Shown: in pieces, positions 26,763 through 36,186 of the stretch
Layout: every line of letters begins with the position of its first letter
How positions within the stretch are numbered: the first letter of the stretch is position 1
Assembly (NCBI GenBank): GCA_946614175.1
Contig: CAMOGP010000001.1
Location: forward strand, 1 to 36,186
Direction of reading: 5' to 3'
DNA length: 36,186 bases
Source: an uncultured Prevotella sp.
Lineage (GTDB): Bacteria; Bacteroidota; Bacteroidia; Bacteroidales; Bacteroidaceae
Translations under genes and position numbers: made by a program
The notes under the pieces: model-generated
Told to the model about the DNA's origin: nothing
The model's input: the letters and a program-made list of their open reading frames with translations, nothing else
Database searches by the model: none

Positions 26763-29700
26763 TTATTGTCCAAGAATAATCAATTTCTTAGCCAGTGAGG
26801 CCTGAGAACTACCATTATTACTAATCAGAACACGATAAAGATAGACACCTGTCTTCAACCGGCTACCATTGCCAGCAGTCAAATCCCAGTCAATTGTGTA
26901 AGTATGATCAGTAGGAACTCCTGTCTCAGACTTTCTCCACAACAGACGTCCGGAAGTATCGAAAACCTCCAATTCCACATCCACTTCGCTGCCGGCACGA
27001 TCATGACTGATAATAAAACTTGTAGATGTAGTAGCAGGATTCTTCGTACATACCACATGACTCAATGTGGGTTGTTGAGTAGCATTCACCACAAACGACA
27101 ATTCTGCAACAGAAGAATTATTCTGTGCATCCCAAGCCCTAAAGAGGAGTTTATGCGGACCATCCGACAATTCAGGCAGTACGTAATCAACAGTTCCCTT
27201 ACAATAGTCACCAAAGTCATACTGGAAGCGGTTATTCAGCTGATAGGTAAGATTCATATCATTATCAATGATGAGTTCCAAATCATGACCGAGGCCACCT
27301 GAAACATTAATACCATCCTTATCCGTCAACTCAGCATAGAAATATGGTGTTGCATTCACTGTACTACCATTTATGAACGTCTCACTATTCAGGTAACAAT
27401 AGATTGACGGTCCCACACCATCATTGGCATATTCCTCTGTACCTGTCAGAATAAAACTTTCGCACTCGCCATGAGCAGACAACGTCTTATCGTTATTGAT
27501 AGCATAGACAAGAAATAATCCTGTTTTGTCGGAATAACTGATATCCCTTGGAACAGCAAATGAGAACGAAAACTGACCATTACGAATACTATCACTACCA
27601 CTATATATCGTGTTCGGACGATCCTGGAATTCAAGTGCTGTCTCGGTAGCTACCGGATCATTCCGTTTACCTACTATTGTCTTTTCGATATCTCGAACGC
27701 AAATCGTGACAACACCATTAAAATCCGTATGCCCCGGAATATGTCCCTTCAGCGTCACCTTTGAACCGGCCTTCAGCTGCTGGATACCATCAGAAACAGC
27801 CTTGCCATTGATACTGTCAATAACAGCCTGCTCTATTGGACTGGCCAAAGTCAGGGCTGGATCTCCCAAAAGAACATACTGCAATTTGTTTATAAGCTTC
27901 TCCGTAGAACCTGACACGAAATCATTCTTAGCAAGATAGGCCGCCTCTCCAATAGTAAAACGGCGTCCGTTCTTACTGCCCAGCAAATATTTCATGAACG
28001 ACTGATTCTGCAAACAATTGTAAGAGGCATAAACAGTGCGTGTGGTACCGTAGAAGGCAATAGAGCCACCCTTGTTATTAAACATAGCCGTCTCACCTAT
28101 ATTATCACTCAGACCATCAAAAGGAGCCACATCACAAGCAGCGGTAACCCATAAGGGCAAACGCAAAGAAGAGGGCTCACTAAAGTCCGTAATACGCAAC
28201 ACTGCTTCATGAGAAAGCATCGAAGGACCACCATGTCCAGAATAATTCATCACTAACACACCTGTCTGCAGTTGCTGCTTAATCAGGCGTGTAACATCAG
28301 GAAAGCTATTACCTGTTGAAGAGGTTACACGATTATAGGCATCCCAATAAATCTTTTTGATATCATAATTGGAAAAGGAAGCTTTTACCGCATCTACAAC
28401 AGTTTCAGCATCCTGCATGTGACGGTTCTGGTCGCCATCATCACCGAGGAAACACAAGGTATTCTGCCATGCTCCAGCATAGACATTGGTGCGATAAGCA
28501 TAAATCTTATCGACCAGTATCTTGGCCTCCTCGGCCGTACGAGCAGACAAACGGCCAACAGCGGCATCGAACTTATCCATCAAAATACTACCACCCTCGT
28601 TATCGTCCAGCAAGCAATAATAATCGTCAGACATATAGGATTTTGTAGCACTGAAAGAGTTCTCGCTTTCGTAACAAAGCAGGAAGTCGTCTGGTGACAA
28701 ATTACGCCAGCCATTAGACAGCATACGATTATCCCATGCCCCATCGCCAAAGAGCAACAGATAGCGTGGCTGGTCAGCCTCAGTCTCCGCCCTATCATAT
28801 AGCATCTTCATATATCGGCGATAGGCATTGGCATCGGGCGTACCACTGGAAAACTCATTATAAAGCTCATCAGCAGGTACAATTCTCACACGCAAGCTAT
28901 CATAAGTCTCATGAAGTATCTTCAGTCGCTCTGCCTCTGAAAGAAGTTTCTGGCTAGTAGGTATAACAATTACCATATCGACCGCCGAGTCTGCGTGATG
29001 ATCCTGATTAGTGATATTATAGAGATACTCTGGTACTGGAATCGAAGCTGTAGAAAAATCTACAAGGGGTTTGGGCGTAGAATAACACAACGACACATAA
29101 TCCAACCGCACCTCACCTCCGGAAATCTGACGGAGAATCAGCTTGTTGTTCGTTGCCTTCACCAAGGAATCAGGCAACGTAAACTTCCAGTTGCCCTGCG
29201 TAGCGACAGCGTTACCATCAGACAAAGTACCCGAGCCTGTCAGTCCTGAGGTTGCTGTTATTGTACCGATCGTTGTCCCATTCATCAGTAACGTAGCGGT
29301 AAACCTAGAATCGTATGACAGGTTTACATTCATTTGTGTCGTAGCGGAATGAGCACCTGGCAAAGTAATGACACGGTCACCGCCCACCGTGAGTTTCTCG
29401 CTGGTGTAGAGATTGCGGCCACTGTGGTACCATGCATAGTCATCTACCTCATACAAATCATGATAATCACTGGCTGAAGGATAATACGAACTGATAAAAG
29501 AGGCACTATCCGCTACCAGAGGTTCGTCATCGCTCTCGGTCAGGAAATAATAGCCATAATCAGAATAGGGATTACGGGTACGAGCAAGGGTTGTATTTGA
29601 CGACCAACTAACAGGTCCAGAAGCATAAAACAGTCTTTTTCCATTAATCGTACATGTGGCTATCTCGTTCAAGTCATCTGTTTCCGTAAGATACTCTCCC

Positions 29701-30296
29701 GTTAATACCTCTGGTTGCAGTTCACCGCCATAACCGTAAATTTTTACTTTCTTTGGATTTTTAAATCCTGCTTTTCTAATCAAAGCGTCTGTCAGATGAT
29801 AAAAACCCGTCTTAGAAACACGAATCTTAGCCCAATGGCCATCAGACAAAACTGAATGGGCAGCATAACGCTCGCCCAACGACGACGCACGGCGGGACTT
29901 TTTTGTAGGTGTAGATATCACCTGTAACTGAAAGCTCACAAGTTTTTGATATTTGCCCTCACGAAAAACAAGAGGAACGAACTGGGCATACAAAGTGCCA
30001 CTCTTTCGTGACACACCTACATATTGCTGTATCCGCGGCAGCTCCGGCAGTTGATCAGTAGTAATTGCATGATAACGAGAAACGTCTTCCTCATCCATAT
30101 CCAAAAACTCCGGATAAACAATCCTCACCTCATAGGTCGAGTCTGAATAATTACATCCCAAAGGCCAGGAGTAACTTACGTAAGGTAACAAAGAATCGAT
30201 TTTCACTTCCTCGGCTGTGAGGTTATAGAAACCTTGTGCCATAGTAGAAACCATGCCACATGCCATCATCAGCCAAATCAGAAAAAATCTTCTCAT
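26763..30296 (-). CDS. porU: Type IX secretion system sortase PorU (peptidase C25 family)
   Basis: YNEFSSGTPD, YLLLFGD, catalytic NYSGHGG and TAACD, LLGDP-type VLLGDPAL, C-terminal CTD (NPA...GVYLYRV...KKLII). Confidence 0.95.
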   Translation of the reverse strand: MRRFFLIWLMMACGMVSTMAQGFYNLTAEEVKIDSLLPYVSYSWPLGCNYSDSTYEVRIVYPEFLDMDEEDVSRYHAITTDQLPELPRIQQYVGVSRKSGTLYAQFVPLVFREGKYQKLVSFQLQVISTPTKKSRRASSLGERYAAHSVLSDGHWAKIRVSKTGFYHLTDALIRKAGFKNPKKVKIYGYGGELQPEVLTGEYLTETDDLNEIATCTINGKRLFYASGPVSWSSNTTLARTRNPYSDYGYYFLTESDDEPLVADSASFISSYYPSASDYHDLYEVDDYAWYHSGRNLYTSEKLTVGGDRVITLPGAHSATTQMNVNLSYDSRFTATLLMNGTTIGTITATSGLTGSGTLSDGNAVATQGNWKFTLPDSLVKATNNKLILRQISGGEVRLDYVSLCYSTPKPLVDFSTASIPVPEYLYNITNQDHHADSAVDMVIVIPTSQKLLSEAERLKILHETYDSLRVRIVPADELYNEFSSGTPDANAYRRYMKMLYDRAETEADQPRYLLLFGDGAWDNRMLSNGWRNLSPDDFLLCYESENSFSATKSYMSDDYYCLLDDNEGGSILMDKFDAAVGRLSARTAEEAKILVDKIYAYRTNVYAGAWQNTLCFLGDDGDQNRHMQDAETVVDAVKASFSNYDIKKIYWDAYNRVTSSTGNSFPDVTRLIKQQLQTGVLVMNYSGHGGPSMLSHEAVLRITDFSEPSSLRLPLWVTAACDVAPFDGLSDNIGETAMFNNKGGSIAFYGTTRTVYASYNCLQNQSFMKYLLGSKNGRRFTIGEAAYLAKNDFVSGSTEKLINKLQYVLLGDPALTLASPIEQAVIDSINGKAVSDGIQQLKAGSKVTLKGHIPGHTDFNGVVTICVRDIEKTIVGKRNDPVATETALEFQDRPNTIYSGSDSIRNGQFSFSFAVPRDISYSDKTGLFLVYAINNDKTLSAHGECESFILTGTEEYANDGVGPSIYCYLNSETFINGSTVNATPYFYAELTDKDGINVSGGLGHDLELIIDNDMNLTYQLNNRFQYDFGDYCKGTVDYVLPELSDGPHKLLFRAWDAQNNSSVAELSFVVNATQQPTLSHVVCTKNPATTSTSFIISHDRAGSEVDVELEVFDTSGRLLWRKSETGVPTDHTYTIDWDLTAGNGSRLKTGVYLYRVLISNNGSSQASLAKKLIILGQ

Positions 30297-30301
30297 CAGT
30301 C

Positions 30302-30919
30302 TTACTTACAATCAAACTCTAACACCTTTCGGTCTTCCAACCATCCTTCCAAATGGTCATTAATCTTCACTGGGCCAACCCCCACAGGTGTTCCTGTATA
30401 TAAAAGATCACCCGTCTTCAGAGTGAAATAGGTTGAGATATAACTAATCAACTCGTCCACCTTATATAGCATATCGCTTGAACAGCCTTCCTGCACCGTA
30501 TTACCATTGATATCCAAATGAAAATGCAGGGCCTGAACATCACGGAATTTCTCCTTTTCAACCCACTGACCTATCACAGCGGAGCCGTCGAAGCCCTTAC
30601 AAATCTCCCATGGCTGGCCATTCTTACGAGCCTCTTCCTGCCAGTCGCGAGCTGTAAAATCAATCCCCACTGTCACCGCATCATAATAACGATGAGCAAA
30701 GCGTACGGGAATGCCTTTACCCAGCCGACATATCCGAACGACCAACTCCGTCTCGTAGTCCACACGCTCGGACCAGTCGGGGATAAAAAACGGTTTTCCA
30801 TCTTTCAGTAATGCAGAATCAGCTTTCGTGAAAATCACAGGCTTCTCTGGTTTATATAACGCACCGTCCAGCTCTTTATTGTGCAGTGCATAATTCATTC
30901 CTACAGCAAAAATCTTCAT
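30302..30919 (-). CDS. Fumarylacetoacetate hydrolase family protein
   Basis: KIFAVGMNY, PVIFTK, DYETEL, DFTARD, KGFDGS, TLKTGDLLYTGTPVGVG. Confidence 0.93.
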   Translation of the reverse strand: MKIFAVGMNYALHNKELDGALYKPEKPVIFTKADSALLKDGKPFFIPDWSERVDYETELVVRICRLGKGIPVRFAHRYYDAVTVGIDFTARDWQEEARKNGQPWEICKGFDGSAVIGQWVEKEKFRDVQALHFHLDINGNTVQEGCSSDMLYKVDELISYISTYFTLKTGDLLYTGTPVGVGPVKINDHLEGWLEDRKVLEFDCK

Positions 30920-30941
30920 ATCATCTTTCGTTTTGGGACTA

Positions 30942-30973
30942 CAAAACTAATATTTTTACTTGATTTGAGCAAA
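30942..30973 (-). promoter_or_regulatory. Sigma-A promoter of the FAH-porU-porV-ispF operon
   Basis: TTTG (30970-30973) - 20 nt - TAGTTTTG (30942-30949). Confidence 0.75.
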
Positions 30974-30991
30974 CTTTTCAGAGAAAATGCG

Positions 30992-30999
30992 TACATTTG
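30992..30999 (+). promoter_or_regulatory. -7 promoter element of the esterase gene
   Basis: TACATTTG(C), ending 5 nt before ATG 31005. Confidence 0.6.
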
Positions 31000-31004
31000 C
31001 ACAC

Positions 31005-31814
31005 ATGAAACATATCGTAACACTCATTTTTTCCTTATTGTGCTGTTTAAACATCTCGGCACAGTATGACTACCTTACAGCCAACAGAAAGGTAATACCC
31101 GGTGGTTATGATTTCTGGATATATACCCCTGAGGACTATTATTACTCCCAGGAAAGCACGCCTGTAATTATCTTCCTTCATGGTGCCAGTCTGTGCAGTC
31201 GCGATCTGAACCGTTCACGACGCTACGGGCCACTAGACGCTATTGTTAAAGGTCGTGAGATTCCGGCTCTGGTCATTGTGCCACAGAATCCCGGAGGCGC
31301 ATGGAACCCCAGGAAAATCAACGATGTTCTGGAATGGACCCTGAAAAACTATCCCGCTGATAGCACGCGTGTCTATGTATTAGGCATGAGTTTAGGAGGC
31401 TATGGCACATTAGACTTCGCAGGGACTTACCCCGAAAAGGTGGCAGCTGCAATGGCACTTTGCGGTGGTTCTACATTAAAAGACTTGCAAGGACTAGGCA
31501 AACTCCCTTTATGGATTCTTCATGGAACAGCAGACAGAGCCGTAGGTATTAAAGAGTCTAAACGAGTGGTCAAAGCTCTGGAAGACGCCCACAACGACAG
31601 TAGATTGCGCTACGACTGGCTACCAGGAGCAAATCATGGGGCTTTAGCGCGTGCATTCTACCTGAAGCGCACCTACGAATGGCTTTTCCGGCATAGTCTT
31701 AAGGACAAAAACCGTCCTATATGCCGAGAGTACAGCATCACCAATGCTGACCTAAAAGGAGCTTATAGCGACATGGATCGCAACCTACCCGACCCAGAGG
31801 TGATAGACGACTAA
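31005..31814 (+). CDS. Secreted alpha/beta-hydrolase (phospholipase/carboxylesterase or predicted peptidase)
   Basis: Signal peptide MKHIVTLIFSLLCCLNISA^Q; IFLHG, GMSLGG nucleophile elbow, HGTAD, NHG. Start moved from 30987 to 31005 because the upstream ATG lies ahead of the -7 element. Confidence 0.85.
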   Translation: MKHIVTLIFSLLCCLNISAQYDYLTANRKVIPGGYDFWIYTPEDYYYSQESTPVIIFLHGASLCSRDLNRSRRYGPLDAIVKGREIPALVIVPQNPGGAWNPRKINDVLEWTLKNYPADSTRVYVLGMSLGGYGTLDFAGTYPEKVAAAMALCGGSTLKDLQGLGKLPLWILHGTADRAVGIKESKRVVKALEDAHNDSRLRYDWLPGANHGALARAFYLKRTYEWLFRHSLKDKNRPICREYSITNADLKGAYSDMDRNLPDPEVIDD

Positions 31815-31826
31815 CTATTACCATAC

Positions 31827-31866
31827 AAAAAAATCGGCATTGCAGAAACAATGCCGATTCTTATTT
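31827..31866. terminator. Bidirectional intrinsic terminator between the esterase gene and tsf
   Basis: aatcggcattg-cagaaa-caatgccgatt with an A7 run on the left and a T-rich tail on the right, between convergent genes. Confidence 0.85.
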
Positions 31867-31884
31867 AGTTGCTTATGTATCAAA

Positions 31885-32880
31885 TTACTCAGCAGCCAGA
31901 GTAAAGCGACGGAAAGCAGTGATGTCCAGCTCCTTGTCCTGAGCCTTCACCCACTGAGCTACAGTAGCCTTATCGCCATCACCAAACTGGAACTCCTGAT
32001 CAATCAGGCAGTTCTCCTTCAAGAACTTGTTTACACGTCCCTTAGCGATGTTCTCGATCATAGGCATCTTCAGCTGAGCCTCACCCTCTGCTTTTGCATC
32101 AGCGATAATCTTACGAGCCTCATCAGCCTGCTCCTTAGTAAGCCAGCCCTTATTGACATTGCTCTCAATGTGGTCTTCGCTGTCAACAAGGTTGGGGTTC
32201 AAGCCAGCCTTCTTAAGCTTCATCTCCACGAACTTCTCAACCTGCTCGAGCTTAGTCTTCTCTACAGCAGTCTTGTACTCCTCGTCAAGAATCTTCTGAT
32301 CAACAGCCTCTGCATTCAGAGCTACGGGCTTCATGGCAGCTACCTGCATAGCCAGCTTGTGACCTACCTCAGCATTCTCCTTGTTGGTCTGAACCATGGT
32401 GCACAGAGTGTGCTTACCCATGTGGTCGTATGCCTCGATATTAGCACCTTCAAGAATCTGGTAGCCATCAAGTTCCATCTTCTCACCGGTGATACCTGAA
32501 CGCTGTGTTACAGCCTCCTGAGCGGTCTGACCATTGATATCGAGGTTCTTTACCTCTTCGATAGTCTTACACTTGTTAGCTACAGCAGCATCAAGAATGC
32601 TCTTGGTCAGGGCGATAAAGTCAGCACCGTTAGCAACGAAGTCGGTCTCACACTTCAAGGCGATGATAGCAGCGAAACCATTCTCAACCTTTGTCAGTAC
32701 ACAACCGTTTGAAGTCTCACGGTCTGAGCGCTTAGCTGCGATAGCCAGGCCACGCTCACGGAGCAGCTCCTTAGCACGGTCGAAGTCACCTTCAGCCTCT
32801 GTCAGAGCCTTCTTTACATCAGCCAGACCTGCGCCAGTCATAGCGCGAAGCTTTTTGATATCGTCAATTGAAATTGCCAT
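31885..32880 (-). CDS. tsf: Translation elongation factor Ts
   Basis: IKKLRAMTGAG, KKALTEAEGD, CETDFVA, LAMQVAAMKP; follows rpsB. Confidence 0.98.
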   Translation of the reverse strand: MAISIDDIKKLRAMTGAGLADVKKALTEAEGDFDRAKELLRERGLAIAAKRSDRETSNGCVLTKVENGFAAIIALKCETDFVANGADFIALTKSILDAAVANKCKTIEEVKNLDINGQTAQEAVTQRSGITGEKMELDGYQILEGANIEAYDHMGKHTLCTMVQTNKENAEVGHKLAMQVAAMKPVALNAEAVDQKILDEEYKTAVEKTKLEQVEKFVEMKLKKAGLNPNLVDSEDHIESNVNKGWLTKEQADEARKIIADAKAEGEAQLKMPMIENIAKGRVNKFLKENCLIDQEFQFGDGDKATVAQWVKAQDKELDITAFRRFTLAAE

Positions 32881-32938
32881 TTTTCTTAATTATTTCGTTA
32901 TTACGTTAATACGTTTTCTCGTTTTTCACGAGATAGAA

Positions 32939-33757
32939 TTACTCTGCAGCAGGAGCGGCCTCCTCTGCGGGAGCCTCTTCCTTACGAGTCTTGCGAACAC
33001 GCTTGGGCTTAGCCTCAACAGCCTCTGCCTCAGCCTGAGCCTCAGCAGCCTTCTCGTCAGCCTTCTCAGCCTTACGCTCCTCAAGACCCTCAGCGATAGC
33101 AGCGCAGCATGCGTTGAGGATTACCTCTACGCTATCCTTAGCGTCATCGTTTGCGGGAATGACGTAATCGATGTTCTTAGGATCGCTGTTGGTATCAACG
33201 ATACCGAACACGGGGATACCCAAACGGTTAGCCTCCTTAACAGCGATGTTCTCCTTCATCACGTCGATAACGAACAGAGCGCTAGGAAGACGAGTCAGAT
33301 CAGCGATTGAACCGAGGTTCTTCTCCAGCTTAGCACGCTGACGGGTAATCTGCAGCAGCTCACGCTTAGACAGGTTACCATATGTACCGTCCTGCATCAG
33401 CTTATCGATATTGGCCATCTTCTTCACTGCCTTGCGGATGGTGGGGAAGTTGGTGAGCATACCACCGGGCCAACGCTCAATTACATAAGGCATATTTACG
33501 CTGGTTGCCTTCTCGGCAATCACTTCCTTAGTCTGTTTCTTAGTACCTACGAAGAGGATTTTCTTACCCTGACGAGCAATGTTCTTCAAAGCCTCTGCAG
33601 CATCGTCAACCTTCAGCACAGTCTTGTGCAGATCGATGATGTGAATACCATTACGCTCAGTGTAGATGTAGGGAGCCATGGCGGGGTTCCACTTACGCTT
33701 CAGGTGGCCAAAGTGGCAGCCAGCCTGCAGCAACTGTTCAAAATTTGTTCTTGCCAT
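32939..33757 (-). CDS. rpsB: 30S ribosomal protein S2
   Basis: AGCHFGHLKRKWNPAM, RWPGGMLTNF, VDTNSDP, IPANDDA. Confidence 0.99.
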   Translation of the reverse strand: MARTNFEQLLQAGCHFGHLKRKWNPAMAPYIYTERNGIHIIDLHKTVLKVDDAAEALKNIARQGKKILFVGTKKQTKEVIAEKATSVNMPYVIERWPGGMLTNFPTIRKAVKKMANIDKLMQDGTYGNLSKRELLQITRQRAKLEKNLGSIADLTRLPSALFVIDVMKENIAVKEANRLGIPVFGIVDTNSDPKNIDYVIPANDDAKDSVEVILNACCAAIAEGLEERKAEKADEKAAEAQAEAEAVEAKPKRVRKTRKEEAPAEEAAPAAE

Positions 33758-33808
33758 TGTTTTTCTTTAATTTTGTTGTTTACTTTCTTTTTAATCTTTT
33801 TAGATCAG

Positions 33809-33903
33809 CCAGCGGGTAATCTTTTTGAACCTAGTTAAACTAGTCAGAACTAGTAGCACTAGAAATTTCTGGGAGAGTCCCACCAGTTTAGATACTAAAC
33901 GTA
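33809..33903 (-). ncRNA. Putative structured rpsB leader
   Basis: GUUUAG-uau-CUAAAC hairpin followed by a CUGGUGGG...CCCGCUGG helix in the 157-bp rpsI-rpsB spacer. Confidence 0.45.
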
Positions 33904-33914
33904 GTCCAGTATGA

Positions 33915-34301
33915 TTAACGCTTACTGAACTGGAAGCGACGACGTGCCTTGGGACGACCTGGCTTCTTACGCTCAACCTCACGGCTATCACGTGTCAGGA
34001 AGCCCTGATCCTTCAATGCCTTCTTATCAGCCTCGTTAACCTTTACCAAAGCGCGGGCGATTGCGAGACGCAGAGCCTGGCTCTGACCAGTGAAACCACC
34101 ACCGTCGAGATTAACCTTAATGTCGTACTTCTCAGCGCACTCCAGCAGATTCAGAGGCTGTTTCACCACATACTGAAGAATGGCTGAGGGGAAATATTCG
34201 GTTAAGTCCTTCTTATTGATCGTGATCTTGCCAGTACCTTCTGACAGATAAACGCGAGCCACTGAGCTCTTACGACGACCTATTGCGTTAATTACTTCCA
34301 T
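33915..34301 (-). CDS. rpsI: 30S ribosomal protein S9
   Basis: GRRKSSVARV, GGGFTGQ, LTRDSREVERKKPG, QFSKR. Confidence 0.99.
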   Translation of the reverse strand: MEVINAIGRRKSSVARVYLSEGTGKITINKKDLTEYFPSAILQYVVKQPLNLLECAEKYDIKVNLDGGGFTGQSQALRLAIARALVKVNEADKKALKDQGFLTRDSREVERKKPGRPKARRRFQFSKR

Positions 34302-34311
34302 CTCTATTCAA

Positions 34312-34773
34312 TTATTTATACAAGTTAATATCAATAGCCTTTGGCTGCTGTGCCTCGTGCTTGTGTTCTGTTCCCTCATATACATAGAGGTTATTCAGCA
34401 GGCTGCGTCCGAGGGGACCCTTTGGCAGCATACCCTTCACAGCGTGACGGAGAATGCGCTCTACGCCGAAAGGCTTTTTACGCAGTTCAGCGGGAGTATT
34501 GAAGCGCTGACCACCAGGATAACCTGTGTAACGGGTATAAACCTTGTCAGTTTCCTTCTTACCGGTGAACTTAACCTTGGCTGCATTGATAATAATGACA
34601 TTGTCGCCACAATCTACGTGAGGAGTATAGCTGGGCTTGTACTTACCACGAATCAGTTTAGCGACCTTTGAAGCGAGACGACCAACTACCTGATCAGTAG
34701 CATCGATTACGACCCACTCCTTCTTGGCTGTCTCCTTGTTAATCGAGACGGTCTTGTAACTTAAAGTGTTCAT
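34312..34773 (-). CDS. rplM: 50S ribosomal protein L13
   Basis: WVVIDA, GRLAS, RGKYKPSYTPHVDCGD, TGYPGG, AVKGMLPK. Confidence 0.99.
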   Translation of the reverse strand: MNTLSYKTVSINKETAKKEWVVIDATDQVVGRLASKVAKLIRGKYKPSYTPHVDCGDNVIIINAAKVKFTGKKETDKVYTRYTGYPGGQRFNTPAELRKKPFGVERILRHAVKGMLPKGPLGRSLLNNLYVYEGTEHKHEAQQPKAIDINLYK

Positions 34774-34827
34774 TTCTTCGTTTAATTTTACTAAAAAACA
34801 GTTTTACCTAAAAATATTGTTTACTGA

Positions 34828-34919
34828 GCGCCGATTCACAAACCGTGCCATCCGGCCAAAGACAAGCACTATTTACACGACACTCGTGGGGAGTCTAAGA
34901 CCCTCCCCCCAATAATCGG
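34828..34919 (-). ncRNA. Probable L13-Bacteroidia-type ribosomal protein leader
   Basis: 5' UTR of rplM starting just after the promoter; enclosing helix CCGAUU/AAUCGG, internal GGGGAG...CUCCCC hairpin, GUGC/GCAC pairing. Confidence 0.6.
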
Positions 34920-34921
34920 AC

Positions 34922-34941
34922 TGCAAAGGTACTGCTTTTTC
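34922..34941 (-). promoter_or_regulatory. rplM operon promoter (-7 element)
   Basis: GAAAAAGCAGTACCTTTGCA containing TACCTTTG at 34924-34931. Confidence 0.75.
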
Positions 34942-35025
34942 TCATTATATGAGGTATAACGCAGCCATTAGGGTGTAACTTTTATGATTATTTAACTTTT
35001 AGACGATTTGAAAATCAAGGAGTAA

Positions 35026-35059
35026 TTTGTATTTCTCACGAAAAAGCAGTACCTTTGCA
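35026..35059 (+). promoter_or_regulatory. argS promoter
   Basis: TTTG (35026-35029) - 20 nt - TACCTTTG (35050-35057). Confidence 0.85.
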
Positions 35060-35083
35060 TCCCGAATAATATATAAGAGGTAT

Positions 35084-36186
35084 ATGAACATCGAGACACT
35101 GATAAGTCAAGCCGCCGGCGAGGCCGTTAAGGCGCTCTACGGCATAGAGGCTAACGAGAAGATGCTGCAGCTGCAGAAGACACGCAGCGAGTTTGAGGGT
35201 AACCTGACATTGGTAGTTTTCCCCTTTGTGAAGGCTGCGAAGAAATCGCCCGAGCAGACTGCCCAGGAGATTGGTCAGTATCTGGTCGACAATTGTTCGG
35301 CCGTGGAAAAATTCAACGTAGTAAAAGGATTCCTGAACCTGAGCATCGGTGAGGGTGCATGGTTGCAGTTACTACAGGCCATAGACCAGGACGACCGCTT
35401 CGGCATGAAAGCTGCTAACGAGGACTCTCCCCTCGTGATGATTGAATACTCTTCACCCAACACCAACAAGCCTCTGCACCTTGGTCATGTGCGCAACAAC
35501 CTGCTGGGCTGGTCGTTGGCTCAGATTATGGAGGCCAACGGCAACAAGGTAGTGAAAACAAACATCGTGAACGACCGCGGTATTCATATCTGTAAATCGA
35601 TGCTGGCTTGGCTGAAGTACGGCAACGGCGAGACCCCTGAATCATCAGGAAAAAAAGGTGACCACCTGATTGGCGATTACTACGTGGCCTTCGACAAGCA
35701 CTACCGCGAGGAAGTAAAAGAACTTGTAGCCAAGGGCATGGACGAAGAAAAAGCCAAGCAGGAAGCTCCACTCATTAAAGAGGCTCACGAGATGCTGGTG
35801 AAATGGGAAAACAATGACCCCGAGGTACGCGCTCTATGGGAGAAGATGAACAACTGGGTATATGCTGGTTTCGACGAGACATACAAGAAGATGGGCGTCG
35901 GCTTCGACAAAATATACTATGAGAGCCAGACCTACTTGAAGGGTAAGGCCAAGGTAGAAGAAGGTCTCGCCAAGGGTCTCTTTGAGCGCCATGAGGACAA
36001 CTCGGTTTGGGCCGACCTGACCAACGAGGGACTGGACCAGAAACTGCTGTTGCGTTCTGACGGCACCTCTGTATATATGACACAGGATATCGGTACTGCC
36101 GAAATGCGATTCCAGGACTACCCCATCGACAAGATGATTTATGTAGTGGGCAATGAGCAAAACTACCACTTCCAGGTACTCTCTAT
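35084..36186 (+). CDS. argS: Arginine--tRNA ligase (partial, runs off the right edge; absent from ORF track)
   Basis: Manual translation MNIETLISQAAG...; MIEYSSPNTNKPLHLGHVRNNLLG (HIGH motif), NDRGIHICKSM, LLRSDGTSVYMTQDIG, YVVGNEQNYHF. Confidence 0.97.
   Translation, partial: MNIETLISQAAGEAVKALYGIEANEKMLQLQKTRSEFEGNLTLVVFPFVKAAKKSPEQTAQEIGQYLVDNCSAVEKFNVVKGFLNLSIGEGAWLQLLQAIDQDDRFGMKAANEDSPLVMIEYSSPNTNKPLHLGHVRNNLLGWSLAQIMEANGNKVVKTNIVNDRGIHICKSMLAWLKYGNGETPESSGKKGDHLIGDYYVAFDKHYREEVKELVAKGMDEEKAKQEAPLIKEAHEMLVKWENNDPEVRALWEKMNNWVYAGFDETYKKMGVGFDKIYYESQTYLKGKAKVEEGLAKGLFERHEDNSVWADLTNEGLDQKLLLRSDGTSVYMTQDIGTAEMRFQDYPIDKMIYVVGNEQNYHFQVLS

Noticed and set aside
26763-30296. PorU as the Arg-specific pilin maturation protease
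   Set aside because: Although in the gingipain (C25) family, PorU is established as the T9SS CTD sortase and sits in its usual porU-porV-ispF context; proximity alone is not evidence
31840-33310. Plus-strand ORFs of 219 and 258 aa over tsf and rpsB
   Set aside because: Antisense shadows of highly expressed genes
35275-36169. Minus-strand ORFs at the right end
   Set aside because: Antisense to argS, which the ORF track missed because it has no stop codon inside the window

Overview
Bacteroidota chromosomal window, probably Prevotella/Xylanibacter-like (TTTG-N19-20-TAnnTTTG promoters, porU-porV-ispF synteny). Positions 1-21.8 kb hold one tightly packed minus-strand operon that continues past the left edge. 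It encodes a DUF3575/OmpA-like outer-membrane protein, a DUF5119-like anchor lipoprotein and at least 11 type V pilin (fimbrillin/Mfa-like) lipoproteins, including three double-pilin fusions and three pilin-adhesin fusions. Upstream of it (21.9-25 kb) is an AT-rich module: a lipoprotein-TPR-TM-HTH one-component regulator followed by two paralogous small secreted DUF3244-like genes. Each small gene has its own promoter and a conserved GTTCGGGAAAGTTCGGGAG direct-repeat box about 112 bp upstream of the -7 element. This module is the best candidate for an undescribed signalling system. The remainder is core genome: ispF, porV, porU, an FAH-family hydrolase, a secreted esterase, tsf, rpsB, rpsI, rplM (with structured leaders) and a partial argS. 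All family calls come from motif recognition by eye; no database searches were run.
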